NCBI GenBank assembly: GCA_963845755.1 | Contig: CAWJTV010000039.1 | Location: 128,001-192,000, forward strand | Direction of reading: 5' to 3' | DNA length: 64,000 nucleotides | Origin: an uncultured Planctomycetota bacterium | GTDB taxonomy: Bacteria; Planctomycetota; Planctomycetia; Isosphaerales; Isosphaeraceae | Shown here: positions 10,511 through 20,862 of the stretch, one piece after another | How positions within the stretch are numbered: the stretch's first letter is position 1 | How the letters are laid out: each line of letters opens with the position of its first letter | Made by a program: the position numbers and the translations under genes | The notes under the pieces: generated by a model | What the model was told of the DNA's origin: nothing | Database searches by the model: none | What the model saw: the letters and a program-made list of their open reading frames with translations, nothing else

Positions 10511-13077
10511 TCCAGGGCTTGCTTCAGGGTGTCGATCGCTTCGGGCGAGCCGACGAAGGTCTGATCGGGGAAGCGGTAGTCCATGAGGATGCCGCACAGG
10601 ATCCGCTCGCCCATATAGGAATTCAACGACATGCCGGCCAGATACTGGAGCCGCAGGTTGCGGTCGGTGTTGATCTGGGCGCCACCCGTCCACTCCTTCA
10701 GCAAGGACGCCTGCCCGGCGTAGGTGGTGAGCAGGTCGATCCCCTCCTCCGGGACCAGGGCCACCTCGTCGGTCCTCGACTGGATCTCCCCGAACCCCAC
10801 GTCGCGGAGCGACTGCTTCACGAGCTGATGGTCCGGACGGTCCAGCCGCCGTTGTAGTTCGTCGACGTCGATCACCGTCGGCTCGACCTGGCCGAACAGG
10901 AGGACGTCGTAGCCGGCGCCGTCGCGCTCATTGCTCCACACGCTGCCGTGCGGGAAGACCTGGAAGAAGGTGGCGATCGCGCTCTTGGTCGAGTCCAGGC
11001 TGTTCTCGTGGAGAGGGAACCAGATGCTCACACTCCCGCCCGGATTGAGGTGATCGCGGCACGTCTGATAGTATTCCACCGTACTCAGCGCGGCGCAGCC
11101 CTTGACCCACGGGTCGATCGGGTCGGAGGTGATAATGTCGAACTTCTCCTGGGTGGTGCGGAGGAAATGCCGGCCGTCGTCGTAGACCACCTCGACTTGC
11201 TTGCCATTGACCATGTGGGGGTTCTCCCGGCCGATGCCGTTGACCACGTGGTAATTCTCCCTGCCGAACATCGGCGCCACGACGGTCGGCACCAACGGCT
11301 CGATGTCGCAGATGACGACGCGCTTGACGTCGGGGTGCAGGACGAGGGTGCCGGCGGTGATGCCCGCGCCGCAGGCCACGACCAGCACCGATTCGGGCTT
11401 CTTGTGCACCAGTGCCGGGAAGTGTCCGAGCATGCGCTCGATCCGCATGTCGATGGGCAGGGTCGACGCCTGGACCTTGCCGGCGCTGTGGAACTTCTTC
11501 AGGCCCTCCCTCGTCGTGGTGACGGCGACCGAGGCGTTGGTTCCCTCGCCGACGTAGGTGCAGAAGAGGTCCGGCTCGCCGGGCGCGTCGGACTCGCTGG
11601 GGATATCCTTGACGATATTCGGGGCCGACCGTGCGAGCCAGCTTGCCGTCTGCCGGCCGAACGCCACGGTCACCCACGGCACCGGCGTCACGCTCCAGGC
11701 GAGCCAGCCGGTCAATCCCATCGCGGCCGCCAGCGCCGCCGCGCCGCCGCGCCGCACCCTCACGGAGGCCGTCGGGAGCAGGGGCACCAGGGACACCATC
11801 GCGGCCGCCGCGGTCAGCCCGATCAGCGCCCGCTGGGCGCCGAGGGTACCGATGGCGGGGACGAGCACCAGGCTGAACACCAGGGCTCCGGTGATGGCGC
11901 CGATCGTGTTGGCCGCGTACACCCCTCCGACCATTCGACCATGGTCCTGGCCTCGGGCGGCAATCGCCGTCAACGCCAGTGGGAAGCTCGCCCCCCACAG
12001 GCACGCCGGCGGCAGGACCGCCCAGAGGCAGCGCAACAGGTCGAGCTGGAAGGTGTACCAGGGGCTCGGCGACAGCGAGGGGACGATCGGCCAGTAGGGG
12101 AGTGACTCCGCGATCATGATCGCCGTCCAGGCGATGGCCGCGGTCAGGAGCCACTGGCAGGCGCCGAGCGCGACCCGCGCCGGCGCGGCCCGCCGCGCCA
12201 GGTAGGCGCCGAGGCTGCTGCCCAGGCCCAGGCCGACCAGGAACACGGCCAGGATCAAGGAGAAGGTGTACACGGTGCCGCCGAGGATCAGCGAGAGCAG
12301 ACGGGTCCAGATCACCTCCGCCCCCAGCGCCGACATCCCGGAGAGGGCGATCGCCAGATACACGGCCCGCGTGCCCGTCGCGCGTCCCGCGTCCCCCTTC
12401 GTCGCGACGTGGGCCGTCGCCTGGTACCGGCCCGAGGCGGCCGCCAGTGCCAGGGCGATCGCGGCCACGCTCACATTCAGGGCAACGGCGACGTAGGTGG
12501 CCGTGGCCACATCATGGACGCGCAGCAGGTAGAAGCCGGCCAGCAGGCAGCCGAACACGGCCCCGGCGAGATTGCCGCCGTAGAAGAACCCCAGCCACGA
12601 CACCCCCTCAGGGCCGGCCTCCACCCAGCGCGCCATCGCCGGCAGGGTCGCGCCCATCAGCAAGGTGGGCGGCAACAAGCATACCCCGGCCACGGCCCCG
12701 CGCAGCAGGATGCCCGACGGCCCGTGTCCGGCGTAACGTGTGTACACATATTCGGCATACGTCAAACCGAACCAGACCGCCAGCCCGATGGCACCGATGC
12801 CCAGTTCGAGGAGCGCGTAGACCCGCAGGGGGTGCCACCGTTCCGAGACGAGTCGCGGCAGTAGCAGGCTGCCCGCGCCCATCCCGCCCATGAACGTCCC
12901 CAGCAGCACGCCCAGGGAGATGGCGGTCGAGCCGATCACCAATTGAAGGAGCTGGAGCCAGACCACCTCGTAGATCAGCGCCGCACAGCCGCCGCCGACG
13001 AACAGCACGAGCAGCACAGGTAAAAACCGGCGTGGCGCGGGCGGGCCGGTCGGAGAGGTCGGTTCGTGTGGGAGCAT
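10408..13077 (-). CDS. Fused membrane domain / spermidine synthase-like SAM-dependent transferase
   Basis: Many TM helices (ALIYEVVW, LMGATLP, YAANTIGA), then VLVVACGAGITAG, DIEP, DDGRHFL and DIITSDPIDP. Confidence 0.85.
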   Translation of the reverse strand: MLPHEPTSPTGPPAPRRFLPVLLVLFVGGGCAALIYEVVWLQLLQLVIGSTAISLGVLLGTFMGGMGAGSLLLPRLVSERWHPLRVYALLELGIGAIGLAVWFGLTYAEYVYTRYAGHGPSGILLRGAVAGVCLLPPTLLMGATLPAMARWVEAGPEGVSWLGFFYGGNLAGAVFGCLLAGFYLLRVHDVATATYVAVALNVSVAAIALALAAASGRYQATAHVATKGDAGRATGTRAVYLAIALSGMSALGAEVIWTRLLSLILGGTVYTFSLILAVFLVGLGLGSSLGAYLARRAAPARVALGACQWLLTAAIAWTAIMIAESLPYWPIVPSLSPSPWYTFQLDLLRCLWAVLPPACLWGASFPLALTAIAARGQDHGRMVGGVYAANTIGAITGALVFSLVLVPAIGTLGAQRALIGLTAAAAMVSLVPLLPTASVRVRRGGAAALAAAMGLTGWLAWSVTPVPWVTVAFGRQTASWLARSAPNIVKDIPSESDAPGEPDLFCTYVGEGTNASVAVTTTREGLKKFHSAGKVQASTLPIDMRIERMLGHFPALVHKKPESVLVVACGAGITAGTLVLHPDVKRVVICDIEPLVPTVVAPMFGRENYHVVNGIGRENPHMVNGKQVEVVYDDGRHFLRTTQEKFDIITSDPIDPWVKGCAALSTVEYYQTCRDHLNPGGSVSIWFPLHENSLDSTKSAIATFFQVFPHGSVWSNERDGAGYDVLLFGQVEPTVIDVDELQRRLDRPDHQLVKQSLRDVGFGEIQSRTDEVALVPEEGIDLLTTYAGQASLLKEWTGGAQINTDRNLRLQYLAGMSLNSYMGERILCGILMDYRFPDQTFVGSPEAIDTLKQALDQRANWCRSLMPPVGASGLTKDRFPSKVLVHLGR

Positions 13078-13329
13078 CGCGCGGTTGTCTCCGCGAAGGA
13101 TGTGTGACTCGACTTCAAAACGTGGCCGTTCGCCCGGCCCGGAGGGCGGAAGTCCTCCCCGCCTTGACCGGGGACGGGGAACGACGACCCGGCCATGAGA
13201 GCGGTGCTCGCCTTCGTGGCAGACGGACCGAACCGCTTGGCCCTCATTTTCCGAACGGATCTCGGGAGTTCAGCTTGAGAGAAACGCAGCCTTCATCGAG
13301 GGTCCGGGAGAAGCCTTCTTCCGCACTCA

Positions 13330-13448
13330 GAGTCTGTCCCCGAAGGGGCCGGCCCGTGCGAGGGGGGGCGTCAGCCCCCTGTCTTGGACGTCCGTCGCTC
13401 ACCGGACAGGGGGCTGACGCCCCCCGCTCGCCCTTCTGGGACAGACTC
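13330..13448. mobile_element. 119-bp MITE with IS5/IS1031-like ends
   Basis: TIRs GAGTCTGTCCC(C/A)GAAGGG (17/18 match), TCA on both sides (13327-29 and 13449-51), long internal hairpin. Confidence 0.75.
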
Positions 13449-13477
13449 TCAGTTCCCCACCGCCGATGGCGCCAGAC

Positions 13478-14104
13478 CTAAGCCCCCAGCGGTTGAATTC
13501 GGCCGATGGAGATCGGCCGACTGAAATAATGGTCGCCCGGCCCGAACTTGAACTCGATCGGACTGCCATCGGCGTCAACGCGAATATGGATCGTTCCGAT
13601 CCCAACTCCCGTCGCCGGCGAATTCCCTCCTTGGCGCCTCGTATCGTCGTAGTGAATCACGTCGCTGGAATCGTAGACGCGCACGGATAGGGCCTCTCCG
13701 TCGAGCTCCATCGGATCGTCGGCGACGATCATCACATGACCGGTATTCTCATCCAGCTCAGGTTCCTTGGTCAGGCTCCAGGCGATGATATCGCCGGGGC
13801 TCGCGTCGGCGAGACGCCGGACCTGGATCCAATCGCCGGACCCGTCGACGGGCAGCTTGGCGAAATACCGCTGATAGATATACGCGCGGGGCAGCGTATG
13901 ACCTGATTCCGGTTTGATCTGGTCGAGATGTTCCGGGGCGGCCTCCTGGAGGACGAATCCCACGAAGCCGTTGCAATCGACATCATAGGTGCCGGTTTCT
14001 ACGTCGATGGAGTTCTTGTGCGAATACGTCGTGTGGACCACATCGTTTTCGACGTTCAGGGCTTCGTCGGCGACCTGCTGACCACCGGTGGCTTCGCCGG
14101 CCAT
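13478..14104 (-). CDS. Hypothetical protein with NlpC/P60/CHAP-like Cys-His motifs
   Basis: YDVDCNGFV, PGDIIAW, TGHVMIV and VYDSS motifs. Confidence 0.55.
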   Translation of the reverse strand: MAGEATGGQQVADEALNVENDVVHTTYSHKNSIDVETGTYDVDCNGFVGFVLQEAAPEHLDQIKPESGHTLPRAYIYQRYFAKLPVDGSGDWIQVRRLADASPGDIIAWSLTKEPELDENTGHVMIVADDPMELDGEALSVRVYDSSDVIHYDDTRRQGGNSPATGVGIGTIHIRVDADGSPIEFKFGPGDHYFSRPISIGRIQPLGA

Positions 14105-14969
14105 GGGCGTTCCTCCTCCGCCGATCGGCTGACCGGGTCCTCGCGAAATGCCGGGCTTGCCGTGCGGCCCTGGGTCGGCGGTCGTTGTCGATGATACCTC
14201 GACGGTGGCCGCAGAGCATCAGGCCGTCGAACTTTTCGCTCGCACCCCGCTCGATCTGACAAGGTCCGCGTGGAGTCGAAACGGGGACGGAGTCTGACAC
14301 GACAGTGGGCCCGAGCTAGCGCGACTGACGATCGCGTTGCCTACACCCCAGGGCCGACGCGAAGACACCTTCTGGCCCCTCGGTGTGGTCGGTTTTCGAA
14401 TTCGTGTCGATTCAACCCCTGCGGGCTCGCCCGGCACGTGAAGCCGTTCGACAGCCAGACCACCTCCTTCCGCGACGGCTGCGAATCGCGCCGGGTGACC
14501 AACGGTTCTCGGGAAGCCCTTGATGAGTGAGTCGTTAATCACCCGGCCTCTCGATTTTCCAGATTTTTTCATCTCTTGTAGCTGTAAGAGTTTGCGATGA
14601 TGTTTTTCACGAAAACGCGCGCATTGCGTTAACGAGATTCCAAACCTGCGGCATACTGAAAGTAAGGGGAATCGGGGTCAACCGCGATGCGGTCCTGGTC
14701 TTCCCCAGACGTCCGTGCACCAGGCCGCTCATGTCAACTGCTCCCACCGGTCTACGTCCTCGTTTCCAAATCATTCGTGGTCAAGGGGATCGGCGGCGGC
14801 GCCGCGTCGAAAATCTGCCACCAAGTGCCACCACACACCATGATCCCGCGCCGACGTATCTCGATCCATCGATGCATGTATGCTGGCAGGCTGCCCGGCC
14901 GCCCGCTCACCTGAGGCGTGCGGTGAGGATTCGTGTGGCGTCCCACCGGGGTTCGACAGCGAAACCGCC

Positions 14970-15155
14970 CGAACGAACCCAAGAAGATGCGACCGGGAAA
15001 CCGCGAAATCGAAGCCACGATTATGCCGAGAACATCGATTGTGCGGGCTGTCCGGACCTCCGAGTCGCAACCGAGCGAACGAACCCAAGGTGTCGCGACC
15101 GCGGAACGGCGAAATCGAAGCCACGATTATGCGGAAAGTGTCGATTGCGCCGGCT
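14970..15155. repeat. Imperfect direct repeat with a period of about 106 bp
   Basis: CGAACGAACCCAAG at 14970 and 15076; GCGAAATCGAAGCCACGATTATGC in both copies. Confidence 0.8.
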
Positions 15156-15255
15156 CTTCCGCGGCACAGGGTCGAATAATCGCGAGAAACGGCAAAATCG
15201 GCGAGCAATTCATAATCAGCCAATCCGGAGCCTTCGCGATCCCTGAGCGTCGGGC

Positions 15256-15981
15256 TCAACCCGCCTCATTCGCCGCCTCGACCAGACGGGCTACCTGGTC
15301 CCGATCGACCGCGGCGCGGCGATCTCCGCCCCGGCAGGCCGCACCACGGACGGCGAAGACGTCGGGCTTCCGATCTCTGAGCCTGCGGATCGCCGCGATG
15401 TCCAGCGAGCCGGCCAGCGCCAGGAAGCGGCCCAGGACCCGGACCCGGTCGAACCGTCGTTCCCAGGACCGATCGATGCGTACTCGATGCGATTTGTCCC
15501 AGGTGTCGAAGAGGATGCCCGAGCACTCATCGCAATCCCCGGCGGTCTGGATGACCGAGTCCGGCTCCGGCGCCTGGGCCGCCTCCCAGTCCAGGTACAC
15601 CACGGCCACCCAGGATGGACGTTCCCGAAATCGTCCCGGTCGGCCCACCGCAAGGGGGGTCAGTTCATTCCGGAGGTCCCGCCAGTGTTTGCACCAGTCC
15701 GGACCGGCGTTCGCGAGGCCCACCTTGCCGAAGGCGATCCCCGGCCAGGCATCCGGAGGGATCTCGGCCCGGTCCGGCGCGTGCCACTCGTTCAGCTCGC
15801 CGAGTGCGACGCTCACCGGGATCGGTCCGGGCACGGCCCGGCGTACCTCGCGCCAGACGGAGCAATCCGCCCGCCCCAGCGCACCGCGGGACGGCTCCTT
15901 CACATCGATGATCGATGCGCCGCCGGCCACCGCCTCGGCCGCCTCGATCGCCGATCGGACGCTGACGAGCAATCTCGCCAA
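15256..15981 (-). CDS. mfnB: (5-formylfuran-3-yl)methyl phosphate synthase (methanofuran-type cofactor synthesis)
   Basis: LLVSVRS..EA..A..GGA.IIDVKEP.RG.LG, KVGL, LFDTWDK, LAGSL and AVRGAAC motifs. Confidence 0.85.
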   Translation of the reverse strand: MARLLVSVRSAIEAAEAVAGGASIIDVKEPSRGALGRADCSVWREVRRAVPGPIPVSVALGELNEWHAPDRAEIPPDAWPGIAFGKVGLANAGPDWCKHWRDLRNELTPLAVGRPGRFRERPSWVAVVYLDWEAAQAPEPDSVIQTAGDCDECSGILFDTWDKSHRVRIDRSWERRFDRVRVLGRFLALAGSLDIAAIRRLRDRKPDVFAVRGAACRGGDRRAAVDRDQVARLVEAANEAG

Positions 15982-15999
15982 ATGAGGTCCTCGATGAGA

Positions 16000-16581
16000 T
16001 CAGGCGACTTCGCGGGACGGGATCGCGTCCGGCACAGGACGCGGCTTGCTCGACCAGAGGCGCGCCATCCCACCGGCAACCCTCTCGACGACCGGACCCA
16101 GGCCGAAGAGCAGGGCGGTCCCGAGCAGATCGGCCAGGACCGTGTTCTTGTAGAAGGGCCAGGCCCTATCGAAGCATTCAGCCAGGCCGGCAAGAGTCAA
16201 CGGATAGAGTTCGCCCTGTGCCCAGCTCGCCAGGTTGGTCGTGATATGGAAGATCGTGGCACCACTCACCGCCAGGACCGGCAGCAGCCAGCGACCGACT
16301 TTCGGCCGGTTGGCGAGCCGCCCAAGCCAGGGCATCGCGGCCAGCGTGAGATAGATGGTCCAGCGCGTCAGCTCGAAGATCGGTCGGTGGGTCCCGTAGT
16401 CCAGGACGATGTCGGAGAGGACCATCGCCGCAACCGGCACCGCCCAGGCCCAGCGTCGCGGGAGCCGCGACCCGGCGTACAGGGCCACCGCCCCGATCGG
16501 AATGAAGTTCCAGATATGATAGGTCGGGAACAGCAACCGGGGGATGACGGCCAGGACAACGAGCGTGATGGCGGTGAGCAT
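16000..16581 (-). CDS. DUF6580-like putative vitamin/cofactor transport membrane protein
   Basis: WNFIPIGAVALYAG, MVLSD, FHITTN and PFYKNTVLADL motifs; hydrophobic. Confidence 0.7.
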   Translation of the reverse strand: MLTAITLVVLAVIPRLLFPTYHIWNFIPIGAVALYAGSRLPRRWAWAVPVAAMVLSDIVLDYGTHRPIFELTRWTIYLTLAAMPWLGRLANRPKVGRWLLPVLAVSGATIFHITTNLASWAQGELYPLTLAGLAECFDRAWPFYKNTVLADLLGTALLFGLGPVVERVAGGMARLWSSKPRPVPDAIPSREVA

Positions 16582-16669
16582 GAATCGGACCTCGCAAGAT
16601 CGAGTTTGTATCGAGGGTCTTAATTTAACCTCTGGGCCGCCAGCCAGCAACCGGGAGGTCCCGGTCCGG

Positions 16670-18409
16670 GGGTGGAAGACGCGGTTCGCGCGGCGTTCGA
16701 TCCCTGGTAAGCTGTCAAGGTGAGTTTCCCAGATTGTCTATCACCCGAAGTCCAAGGAGGGATCTCCGATGCCTTTCCAGAAGTCACCATCGATGGATCG
16801 AGACGGCGTCGAGCGGCTCGCCGAAGGGTGGGGGAAAGTCGTGGCCCGGCGCGTCCACGATGAGGTCGGGCCCGAGTTGGATCTCGACGCCGACGACATC
16901 GAGCAGATGGCCATCACCGCCGCCCGCGCCGTCGCTCGGGGCACCATCGCCGATCTGCTGGAGCGGAAGGCCGCGCTGCTGGGGCCCGAGCAACCCTGCC
17001 CGACGTGTCAGCGGCCTTGCGCCGTACAGCGCGAGCCGCGGGCCATCGACTTCTGGGGCGGCGCGGTCACCTACGCCGAGCCCCAGTGCCACTGCCCGGC
17101 CTGCCGCCGGGATTTTTTTCCCTCGGCGCCCGGCGCTACGGCTGACGTCCCATGACTACAGCCCCTCGGTAGTCCGCAAGATCGTCCGTTCCGCCACCCG
17201 CGAGCCCTCCTTCCGCGAGGCAGCCGAGGCCGTCGCCGAATTGGCCGAGGTGGACATCAGCGGCCGGCAACTCGACCGCATCGCCCGCGAACTCGGCGAG
17301 CAGTTGCGGTCCCAGCGGGATGAGCAGGTGGACCGCTTCCAGGCCGGCACGCTCGAGCCGCGCGTCGCGACACGGCCAGCCCTGGCGGTCGTCGAGGTCG
17401 ATGGCGGCCGGCTCCAGATCCGCGGCGCGGGCCAGGGGCCGGGAGCCCACCAGGCCGCCTGGCACGAGGACAAGATCGCGATCCTGGCGACGATGGCCCC
17501 TGTCGTCTCCGAGTGCGACCCCGAGCCGGAATTGCCCGCCTGTTTCCGCGATCGGGCCTACGTCGAGAAGGTCATCGGGGCCATCGGCGGGACCGGACCG
17601 ATGGGCCCGCCGGCCCCCGAGATCCAGGAGCCCGCCGTGCTGCCGATCCCGGCCGTCGCCGAGGCCGCCGAGCCGCGCGGTACGCCGGAGCTATCGGTGC
17701 GCACCTACGTGGCCACGACCGCCCCGGTCGATCGCTTCGGGCCGATGGTCGCCGCCGAGGCCCGACGGCGGAACTTCGCCGCGGCCGCCGCCCGGGCGTT
17801 CTTGGGGGACGGCTCGGCCTGGATCTGGGGGCTGCACCGCCGCTCTTTCCCGACCTTCGTGGCGATCGTCGACTTCCTCCACGCCCTGGCCCACCTCTTC
17901 ACGGCGGCCCGGGTCATGGTCGCCGACACCGAGGGCCGCTGGGAGTCATTCCAGGCCTGGGCGGAGGCCTGCTGGAACGGGCGGGTCGATCGGGTGATCG
18001 CGGAGCTTCGCACCTGGTGTGATACCCAGATCGCCTTGTGCGGGTGCCCGCTGGAAAGGCTAGCCGACGACGACCCCCGGAGGATCGTCGCGCGGGTGCT
18101 GGGCTACCTGGAAGACAACCGGGAGCGGATGGACTATCCGCGCTATCGTCGCGAGGGCCTCCCGTGGACGACCAGCCACGTGGAGTCAACGGTGAAGATA
18201 TTCAACCGCCGGGTGAAGGGGTCGGAGAAGTTCTGGAGCGAGGCCGGTGCCGAAGCGATCCTCCAACTCCGTGCGGCCTTCCTTTCCGAAGATGGCCGCC
18301 TGGACCGCCACCTCAAGGAGCGGCCCAGCAGCCCGTTCCGCAGCTACAAAGCCAGGAAGACTGGGGAAGCCGCGTAACTCGTCAGAAAAACGAACCGCGT
18401 CTTCCACCC
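16670..18409 (+). mobile_element. Complete ISKra4-family insertion sequence (1740 bp)
   Basis: Perfect 19-bp TIRs GGGTGGAAGACGCGGTTCG / CGAACCGCGTCTTCCACCC; 9-bp direct repeat CCGGTCCGG at 16661-16669 and 18410-18418. Confidence 0.9.
16769..18377 (+). CDS. ISKra4-type DDE transposase in two frames joined at a T7 run (17113-17119)
   Basis: ORF1 has a CPTC...CPAC zinc ribbon ending RRDFFP. ORF2 has VDGG, GDGSAWIW, DFLHA, YPRYR..G and S.VES motifs. Confidence 0.85.
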
Positions 18410-18528
18410 CCGGTCCGGTTTTCCATCCTTCACCGTCGGGATTCCCGATATGATAAAGAATCACGCACTCTACCGGGTTGTCGGCAGTCGGCCGGCCCGG
18501 CGTGGTCCTCCCGCCAGGATCTTCACTC

Positions 18529-19077
18529 ATGAACGCGTTCGCGAAGCAGGTGCGGGGATTGCCGATCCTGGCCGCGTGGGCGGTCGTGGTGGCCGGCTGC
18601 GCCTCGGCGTCGATCCGTTCCGATCCCGTTGCGTACGCCGATCCCCAGGAGAAACCGCCTGCCAAGGCGAGTCCTGCGCCGGATCTCGAGGAACTCCGCG
18701 ACCAGATCGTCGAGGCCCATAATGAGATCCGGATCGCGGCCAAGCTCAACTCGCTTTCGTTTAGCAAGAAGCTCAACGCGGCGGCTCAGGCGCATGCCCT
18801 GGACATGGCCGAGCAGCACAAGATGAGCCATCGGGGGAGTAAAGGGTCCACCTTGACGGATCGGGTCAAAGCTCAGGGCTATCGATTCCGTCGGGCCGGA
18901 GAAAATGTGGCGACCGGGCGGTACTCGGTCGAGCGACTCATGAAAGGTTGGATGGATAGTCCACCCCACAAACGGAACATCCTCGGTGGTTTTTCCCAAA
19001 TCGGCGTGGGCTGCGCGATTGATGAAAACGGCAAACGCTATTGGTGCGTCAACTTCGGACTTCCCACCGGCCAGTAA
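18529..19077 (+). CDS. CAP/SCP domain lipoprotein
   Basis: Lipobox VAGC; HN..R, AQAHALDMA, GENVA and WMDSPPHKRNIL motifs. Confidence 0.85.
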   Translation: MNAFAKQVRGLPILAAWAVVVAGCASASIRSDPVAYADPQEKPPAKASPAPDLEELRDQIVEAHNEIRIAAKLNSLSFSKKLNAAAQAHALDMAEQHKMSHRGSKGSTLTDRVKAQGYRFRRAGENVATGRYSVERLMKGWMDSPPHKRNILGGFSQIGVGCAIDENGKRYWCVNFGLPTGQ

Positions 19078-19202
19078 TCCATCGCCGAGGGCCGGTTCGT
19101 GGGGTAAGGTTGAAAGCCCGAAGGTTGAAGGCTGGATAAAAGCCGGCCCGGTTGTGACTCATCCTTCATCCTTCATCCTTCAGCCTTCCGAAAGAGGGGC
19201 CG

Positions 19203-19553
19203 ATGCGTGGATTTCGATGGCTCGCAATCAGTGTCCTGGCCATCGCGGCGGGGTTCGGGTCCGGCTGCCAGACCGCCGGCACCCCGCGGACGGCGACGGT
19301 CGTCTCGCCGGAGCCGGCCCTGGCCGATGCCGATGGGAAGCTCTCCGAGAAAACGATCGAGGCCCCGCCGGAGAAGGCCGTGACTATCGCCGACCGTCAT
19401 CCCCTGTTCACCAAGCCTCGCGAGTACTGGGAGACCTCCGGTAACAACAAGATCGTGAAGGCGGCCGCGGCCACCTTCATCGGCGTCCCGGCCGGGCTGG
19501 TCGGCGAGGTCAAGCAGATCTTCGTCGGGGCGCCGCCGGAGACGCGTTTCTGA
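19203..19553 (+). CDS. Small hypothetical lipoprotein
   Basis: Signal peptide with GSGC lipobox; GAGGGG ribosome-binding site upstream. Confidence 0.7.
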   Translation: MRGFRWLAISVLAIAAGFGSGCQTAGTPRTATVVSPEPALADADGKLSEKTIEAPPEKAVTIADRHPLFTKPREYWETSGNNKIVKAAAATFIGVPAGLVGEVKQIFVGAPPETRF

Positions 19554-19564
19554 GCCGAGTGCGC

Positions 19565-20757
19565 TCAACTTCGATCCGGGATGACCTTCAGCGAGTTGAA
19601 CGATTTGCCCTCGAGCGATTCGAGGAACGCACCGCCGCCGGTGGAGACGTGGCTGACCCGATCGGCCAGGCCGAACTTCTCGATCGCCTCGGCCGACTCG
19701 CCCCCGCCCACGGCGGTCACGGCCGGAGAGGCGGCCATGGCTTCGGCGATCGCCCGGGTGCCGTGTCCGAACGCCACGACTTCGAATTTCCCCATCGGAC
19801 CATTCCAGACGACGGTCCCCGCCTGCTTGATGATCGCACCATACTCCGCGCATGCGGCCGGGCCGATGTCCATCCCGAACCAACCTTCGGGGATCTCCTC
19901 GCGCCCTACGACCCGGGTCTCGGCGCCCGCTTCCGGCTGGCTGGCCACCAGGTGATCGATGGGCAGGACCAGCTTCTCGCCGGCCAGGTCGAGGACGTGG
20001 CGGGCCAGGTCCAGCTTGTCCGCCTCAACCTTGCTCCGGCCGATGGCGATCCCCTGGGCTTTCAAGAACGTGTAGGTCATCGCGCCGCCGATCAGCAGGC
20101 GGTCAACCTTGTGGAGGAGTTGCTCGATCACGGTGATCTTGTCCGACACCTTCGCCCCGCCCATCACGGCGACATACGGGTGTTCGGGGAAGCGGAGCAA
20201 AGTGTCGAGGATCTGGAGCTCCTTCTCGACGAGGAAGCCGATGGCCCGACGCTCGGGCGGGAACTGCTCGGGTACGGCGACCATCGAGGCTTCATCGCGA
20301 TGGCAGGTGCCGAAGGCATCGTTGACGTAGCACTCGGCCAGGGCCGCCAGTCGTCGGGCGAAGTCGGGATCGCCTTTCTTCTCCCCCTTGTTGAACCGGA
20401 CGTTTTCCACCACGACGATGCCGCCGGGCTGGAGGCGGTCGCAAGCGGCCTGGGCTTCCGGGCCCACCGTGTCCCCGACTTTCGTCACCGGCCGGCCGAT
20501 CAGTTCTTGCAGCCGGGCCGCCACGCTGTCCAGCCGGAAGGGAGCATCCGCCGCCGGGTCGCCGCTGGGCCGGCCCAGATGACTGACCAGGATCAGGCTG
20601 CCGCCGCGCTCGAGGATGGCATTCAAGGTCGTCAGCGCCCGCGGATCCGCCGATCGTCGGCCACCTGGCCGTCGTCGGTCTGGGGCACGTTGAAGTCGAC
20701 GCGGACCAGCACTTTCTTGCCGGCCACATCGAGGTCGCGAACCGTCTGCTTGGGCAT
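19565..20757 (-). CDS. pgk: Phosphoglycerate kinase (frameshift near 20640)
   Basis: [36 protein letters not shown] and STGGGA motifs. Confidence 0.92.
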
Positions 20758-20862
20758 CGGTCTTCCCCCGGAATGGGACGCGCGTACAACGGATGGACCG
20801 GCATCAGGACCGGACGCCCCGACGCGATCCATCCGGACTCAGGCACACGACGCGGACCTCGT

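Noticed and set aside
14970..15155. Possible mini-CRISPR
   Set aside because: There are only two copies, and similarity extends through the would-be spacer.
16582..18528. Cobalamin riboswitch upstream of the DUF6580-like gene, split by the IS
   Set aside because: The reconstructed empty site lacks a recognisable B12-box or other riboswitch core.
19565..20757. pgk and other split genes as true pseudogenes or programmed frameshifts
   Set aside because: This is a core gene with intact motifs, and the window-wide indel pattern points to sequencing error.
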